A stretch of DNA of 64,000 bases. Source: Candidatus Velthaea sp. GTDB lineage: Bacteria; Vulcanimicrobiota; Vulcanimicrobiia; Vulcanimicrobiales; Vulcanimicrobiaceae. A program made the position numbers and the translations under genes. The notes under the pieces are model-generated. The model saw only the letters and a list, made by a program, of their open reading frames with translations. It was not told the DNA's origin and searched no databases. This document shows positions 59,101 to 64,000 of this stretch, piece by piece (positions within the stretch are counted from its first letter, which is position 1; every line of letters starts with the position of its first letter). Location: assembly GCA_965214935.1 (NCBI GenBank), contig CBDCCS010000010.1:224001-288000 (forward strand), read 5' to 3'.

Positions 59101-60705
59101 ATTCTGACCTTACCACGTTCATCAGCGGCATTCGAGGCCGAATTTACTGCTTTGGGCTTGGCCGGTGTAACGACGGTTCACCGCAATTTAACGGTTCCAC
59201 AATTATACGAACACGCGCTGCGCCGCCATGAGGGGACGCTCGGCCTTGACGGTCAGCTCGTGGTCGAAACCGGTAAACACACCGGACGATCGCCGAACGA
59301 CAAATTCTTCGTGCGCGAACCGGGTAGCGAACATCACATCGATTGGGGCGCAACGAACAAGCCGATCGAGCCGGCGGTTTTTACGGAGTTGTTCGATCGT
59401 GTCGCGGCATATTTGGCGGGCAAGGAGCTTTTTTCGCTCGATTGCTATGTCGGCGCCGATGCACGTTATCGCACGCCGATTCGCGTCGTTACCGAATACG
59501 CTTGGCAGAATATCTTTGCGCGCGATTTGCTCATCGATACCGCCGACGCCGACGAATCATTTTCACCGGAGTTTACCGTCCTTGACGCGGCGATGTTCGA
59601 TGCCGAACCGGCGCGCGACGGCACTGCATCGTCGACATTCATTCTCATTAATTTCGCGCGCAAGATCGTTCTCATCGGCGGCACCCGCTATGCCGGGGAG
59701 ATCAAGAAATCGATCTTCACGTTGATGAACTACTTGATGCCGCTGCGTGACGTGCTGTCGATGCACTGTTCGGCCAACGTCGGCCGGGCCGGCGACGTCG
59801 CTATTTTTTTCGGCTTATCCGGCACGGGCAAAACGACGCTGTCGGCCGATCCGCATCGGCCGCTCGTCGGCGACGACGAACACGGCTGGTCGAACGACGG
59901 TGTCTTCAATTTTGAAGGCGGCTGTTATGCCAAAGTCATTCGGCTCAGCGCCGAGCAAGAGCCGGAGATTTGGGCCGCCTCGCACAGATTCGGAACGATC
60001 GTCGAAAACGTCGTCATCGACCCGGTCACGCGCAAGCTCGACCTCGAGTCGCAGGCGCTGACGGAGAATACGCGTTCGGCTTACGCGTTGACGGCGATCC
60101 CGAACACCGTTCCGGGCTCGAAGGCCGGCCACCCGAACACAATCGTCATGCTGACAGCCGATGCATTCGGTGTCCTGCCGCCGATCTCGAAGCTCTCGGG
60201 TCCGCAAGCGATGTACCATTTTCTATCCGGTTACACGGCGAAAACAGCCGGAACCGAAAAGGGCGTAACCGGAACGACCGCGACATTCTCGACTTGCTTC
60301 GGAGCGCCGTTCATGGTGCACCACCCGACGGTGTATGCAAAACTGCTGGGCGAGCGTATCGCCAAGCACGACGTTACGTGTTGGCTGGTCAATACCGGCT
60401 GGACGGGCGGCCCGCCGGGTGTCGGTAAGCGCATGAAGCTCGCCTATACGCGCGCAATGGTCAATGCTGCCATTGAAGGCCGGCTCGACGATGTTGAATT
60501 CAAAGCCGAACCATTCTTCGGCTTGTTCATACCGCTGAGCGCGCCGGACGTTCCGTCCGAGGTACTCGACCCGCGAGGTGCATGGTCCGACACTGCTGCG
60601 TACGACGCTCAGGCGAAGAAACTAGCGGGATTATTCTTTGAGAATTTCAAGCGTTTTGCCGATCACGCCGCGGCTGATGTCTTAGCGGTCGCGATCAAGC
60701 CGTAA
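59101..60705 (+). CDS. pckA: Phosphoenolpyruvate carboxykinase (ATP)
   Basis: TGRSPNDKF, YAGEIKK, MHCSAN, GLSGTGKTT, LVGDDEHGW, FEGGCYAK; start ATT 59101 or CTG 59104 behind AAGGAG (first canonical start is TTG 59152). Confidence 0.96.
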   Translation: MLTLPRSSAAFEAEFTALGLAGVTTVHRNLTVPQLYEHALRRHEGTLGLDGQLVVETGKHTGRSPNDKFFVREPGSEHHIDWGATNKPIEPAVFTELFDRVAAYLAGKELFSLDCYVGADARYRTPIRVVTEYAWQNIFARDLLIDTADADESFSPEFTVLDAAMFDAEPARDGTASSTFILINFARKIVLIGGTRYAGEIKKSIFTLMNYLMPLRDVLSMHCSANVGRAGDVAIFFGLSGTGKTTLSADPHRPLVGDDEHGWSNDGVFNFEGGCYAKVIRLSAEQEPEIWAASHRFGTIVENVVIDPVTRKLDLESQALTENTRSAYALTAIPNTVPGSKAGHPNTIVMLTADAFGVLPPISKLSGPQAMYHFLSGYTAKTAGTEKGVTGTTATFSTCFGAPFMVHHPTVYAKLLGERIAKHDVTCWLVNTGWTGGPPGVGKRMKLAYTRAMVNAAIEGRLDDVEFKAEPFFGLFIPLSAPDVPSEVLDPRGAWSDTAAYDAQAKKLAGLFFENFKRFADHAAADVLAVAIKP

Positions 60706-60722
60706 GGAATAAGACGCCGGAT

Positions 60723-61151
60723 TTACTCCGCCGCGACGCCGAGCGCTTTGAGTAACACGCGCTTGCGGCGCCGGCCGTCGAACTCGCCGTAGTGTATCCG
60801 TTCCCACGGACCCAGGTCGAGCGCACCGTTCGTCACCGGCACCAGCACTTGATGTCCGAGCAGCATTCGCTTGAGATGTGCGTCGGCATTATCCTCACCA
60901 GTCAAGTGGTGCCGATAGTCGAGACCGGCCGGCGCGAGTTGCTCCACCCATGTCATGATGTCGCTCCATAAACCGGCTTCATGATCGTTGACGAAAATGC
61001 TCGACGTGATGTGCATGGTCGAAACCAGAACGTAGCCGTCATGTAAGCGTGCCGCGGACCGCACGCGTTCGACTGTTTCGGTAATGTCGATGATCTCGTA
61101 GCGCTTATCCGTGCGCAACGTCAAGTATTCCGTGTAAGCGATCGTTTCCAT
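60723..61151 (-). CDS. YjbQ/UPF0047 family protein
   Basis: HITSSIFVNDHE, NADAHLK, LGPWE, EFDG. Confidence 0.92.
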   Translation of the reverse strand: METIAYTEYLTLRTDKRYEIIDITETVERVRSAARLHDGYVLVSTMHITSSIFVNDHEAGLWSDIMTWVEQLAPAGLDYRHHLTGEDNADAHLKRMLLGHQVLVPVTNGALDLGPWERIHYGEFDGRRRKRVLLKALGVAAE

Positions 61152-61234
61152 CGGTCGAGCGTTCGTGCCGGCACGCGGGTGGACCGGCCGCTCCGCGCCG
61201 GGATGACTGCGCGAGCCGTTCGCGTAAGTGCAAA

Positions 61235-62149
61235 ATGATGGCGACGACGGAGGTTTCAGGCGTACGCGAAGGGACGTTTCCGTTTCGCGGCTATGACGTT
61301 TGGTTTCGCATCGTCGGTGAGCGCGAGGCGCCGGGGCGCTTGCCGCTGCTCATCGTGCACGGCGGACCCGGCGCGACGCACCAATATCTCGAACCGCTGT
61401 CGGCGCTGGCGAGCAGCGGACGGCGCATTATCTTCTACGATCAAATCGGCTGCGGACGTTCCGGGCGGCCGACCGACCCGGATTTTTTCTCCGCTGAACT
61501 TTTTGTCGAAGAACTCGCTGCGCTGCGTTCTGCATTGGGATTAGAGCACGTACATCTGCTCGGTCAATCATGGGGCGGAATGCTTGCCATGCAATATGCG
61601 ATCGGCCGTCCGGCGGGCCTCGCCGGCATCGTGGTCGCCGATTCGCCGGCCGACATGATGCAATGGGTGAGTGAAGCAAATCGACTGCGGGCGGAATTGC
61701 CGCCCGAAACGGCTCGGGCACTTAGCGAGCACGAAGCCGCCGGATCGACGACGAGCGCCCAATACGCCGAGGCCGTCAATGTGTTCTATCGCCGTCACGT
61801 TTGCCGGCTCGACCCGTGGCCCGAACCGTTTGCCCGGACGGCCGAAGCACTGGCCAACGATGCTTTGGTCTATAATGTCATGAACGGACCGAGCGAATTC
61901 CATGTCGTCGGCAAGCTCAAGACGTGGTCCATTCTCGACCGGCTGCACGAGATTGCGGCGCCCATGTTATTACTGAGCGGGCGTTACGACGAAGCGACTC
62001 CGGCAATCGTCAGTGCGATCCAGACGCGCGTTCCGCATGCCGAATGGGTCTTGTTCGAACACAGCTCGCATACGCCGCACCTTGAAGAACCTGCGGCGTT
62101 CAACGCGGCGGTGCGCGGTTTCTTGAGCGGCATCGAGCAAAGCGCGTAG
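61235..62149 (+). CDS. Proline iminopeptidase-family (L-amino acid amidase-like) hydrolase
   Basis: HGGPG, YDQIGCG, GQSWGG, MNGPSEF, SSHTPH. Confidence 0.93.
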   Translation: MMATTEVSGVREGTFPFRGYDVWFRIVGEREAPGRLPLLIVHGGPGATHQYLEPLSALASSGRRIIFYDQIGCGRSGRPTDPDFFSAELFVEELAALRSALGLEHVHLLGQSWGGMLAMQYAIGRPAGLAGIVVADSPADMMQWVSEANRLRAELPPETARALSEHEAAGSTTSAQYAEAVNVFYRRHVCRLDPWPEPFARTAEALANDALVYNVMNGPSEFHVVGKLKTWSILDRLHEIAAPMLLLSGRYDEATPAIVSAIQTRVPHAEWVLFEHSSHTPHLEEPAAFNAAVRGFLSGIEQSA

Positions 62150-62621
62150 CGGTCACTGGTCCTGCATACGTCGCACCAGACCATTGCCGCCGGTTCGACT
62201 ATTGCATGGCAGCTGCAACGATCGCGGCAGCCGTAAACCAGCGTTAAAAAAGCAGCGTCATCGCTGCTTTCATAAATTTGCTTGTATTCGATGGTAGCGA
62301 TAGTGTAAATCTTTTCAACGCCGGCAACCCGCTTCATCGTTGCATCGCGTCGTTTATCTGCGAGCAGTTACACGCTGGTAAGGTTCATACACATTACGGT
62401 TCACGCGTACCTGTTAGCGCTTGTACGCGCTTTGATCCGCACGGGCGCGCATCCGTCGTCAAACCATACCTAAGTCACACGCGCGTTGCGCATTACCGCC
62501 GTATGGGCGTTGTACCGGCTACGGTACTATCGATACGCAACGACGATGCCGGCTAACAAAACGTCATCACGATCGTCGCTGCATTTTTAGCGCTACGCTC
62601 TACCGAGCATAGGACGAACCT

Positions 62622-64000
62622 TTGGCGAATTTTCCTGCGAGCGTTAGCGCTGCGAGCTTCGATCGGCCGGCCGGCGCTGACGCCGTCCAGCCGGATGCGG
62701 TCGCGCGCGTTTCTCGGGCACTCGCATTTCGCTACGATGTGTTGCCGCTGAGCTTGCGCGACGGCGTGCTCAGCGTCGGCGTGCCCGATGACTCGGATCC
62801 GGCACTACTCGATCGGTTACGTCAGGCCACGCGGCTTCGGGTTACGGCGATCGCAATGCCGCGCGAGCGTATCCGGCAACAACTGCAGACCGCCTACAGC
62901 TCCGGTGTATCGCAGCTGGGGTTAGCCGAGCAGCGAAATGCAGACGCACCTGCGGTGCAGGCCGTCGATGCGACCTTTCGGCGCGCGGTTGCCGCGCATG
63001 CCAGCGACGTGCATGTCGAACCTCGAAACACAAGCGGCTTCATCCGTTTGCGGATCGACGGCGTCCTCGTCGACTTGGAAGCAATTGCCGGCGAAATTTA
63101 TCCGGCGTTCGTTTCGCGTATCAAACTTACCGCCGGAATGGATATCGCCGATAAGCGTCAGCCGCAAGACGGCCGGTATACGCTCGAACACGATGGCCGT
63201 CAAATCGACGCACGCGTATCTTCGATGCCGACGATCGACGGCGAAAAACTCGTCGTCCGGTTGTTGGACCTGCACGCTCAAACATGCGCTCTCGACGCAC
63301 TCGATATGCCGTCCGATATCCTCGCTCGGTACACGCAGCTGTTAACGCTGCCCTGGGGCTTCATCGTGGTAACCGGTCCGACGGGAAGCGGAAAGACGAC
63401 GACGCTGTACTCTTCGCTTGCACAACTCGATCGTTCGGCCAAGAACATTTGTACCGTCGAAGACCCGGTTGAAATGCGCGTCGCCGGCGTGACGCAAGTC
63501 GGCGTAAATCCGCGTGCCGGCTTAACCTTTGCCAGCGCCTTACGAAGTTTCATGCGCCAGGACCCGAACGTTATCATGGTCGGTGAGCTGCGCGACGCCG
63601 AGACCGCCGCAGTCGCCATCTCGGCCTCACTTGCCGGCCAGCTCGTTCTTACAACATTGCATAGTAACGACGCCCCGCGCACGATCGAACGGCTTGCGGA
63701 ATTAGGCGTCGCCCGCCAATCGCTCGCGGCGGGTTTGACCGCGATACTCGCACAACGGCTGGTTCGCCGGTTGTGCGATCGCTGCCGCGTTCTGTGCGCT
63801 ATACCGGACGACATACGCGTGGAACACGACATCGCGCAACACCATTGGTGGGTAGCGGGCGGGTGCCCGGCATGCGCGCATTCGGGTTACAGCGGGCGCC
63901 TCGGCGTGTACGAACTGCTGCCGGTCGACGATGCACTCCGCATTGCCATCGGTAACGGTGCCTCGAGCGTCGAGCTGGCCGCACTCGGCGAGCACAACGG
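62622..64000 (+). CDS. GspE/PilB family secretion or pilus ATPase (runs off the window, so it is absent from the ORF track)
   Basis: Read from TTG 62622: [55 protein letters not shown], CxxC pairs, GYSGR. Confidence 0.93.
   Translation, partial: MANFPASVSAASFDRPAGADAVQPDAVARVSRALAFRYDVLPLSLRDGVLSVGVPDDSDPALLDRLRQATRLRVTAIAMPRERIRQQLQTAYSSGVSQLGLAEQRNADAPAVQAVDATFRRAVAAHASDVHVEPRNTSGFIRLRIDGVLVDLEAIAGEIYPAFVSRIKLTAGMDIADKRQPQDGRYTLEHDGRQIDARVSSMPTIDGEKLVVRLLDLHAQTCALDALDMPSDILARYTQLLTLPWGFIVVTGPTGSGKTTTLYSSLAQLDRSAKNICTVEDPVEMRVAGVTQVGVNPRAGLTFASALRSFMRQDPNVIMVGELRDAETAAVAISASLAGQLVLTTLHSNDAPRTIERLAELGVARQSLAAGLTAILAQRLVRRLCDRCRVLCAIPDDIRVEHDIAQHHWWVAGGCPACAHSGYSGRLGVYELLPVDDALRIAIGNGASSVELAALGEHN

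Overview
GC-rich (by eye) bacterial chromosomal window from a diderm organism (two TonB-dependent receptors). Gene order and protein style suggest Candidatus Eremiobacterota/Vulcanimicrobiota, but that is inference, not a database result. I found no integrase, transposase, CRISPR array, reverse transcriptase or rRNA. In order: a Crp-GGDEF pair; msrB; tig-clpP-clpX behind a 7-tRNA cluster; SRP RNA followed by DUF4446-M23-yggT-lepA-rdgB; a MacB/LolCDE-type ABC locus carrying an M3 peptidase and an SGNH lipoprotein; deoC-ALDH-EgtB/OvoA-like enzyme; a GntR/FadR-controlled catabolic operon of unknown substrate (alpha/beta hydrolase, FAH protein, Tm-1-like UPF0261 protein, TIM-barrel PF09370-type protein, cupin, Liv-type ABC importer) facing a TBDR-lipoprotein-aminotransferase-SBP-ADH gene run; icd; a cobamide nucleotide-loop cluster; tRNA-Ser; a second TBDR; pckA; and a truncated PilB/GspE ATPase. 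The best candidates for something new are (1) a probable leader-peptide attenuator with a non-canonical start codon upstream of pckA, (2) the Tm-1/TIM-barrel catabolic island with visible promoters and operators, and (3) the type VII ABC locus with two periplasmic hydrolases. All family calls come from motif recognition by eye, not from searches.
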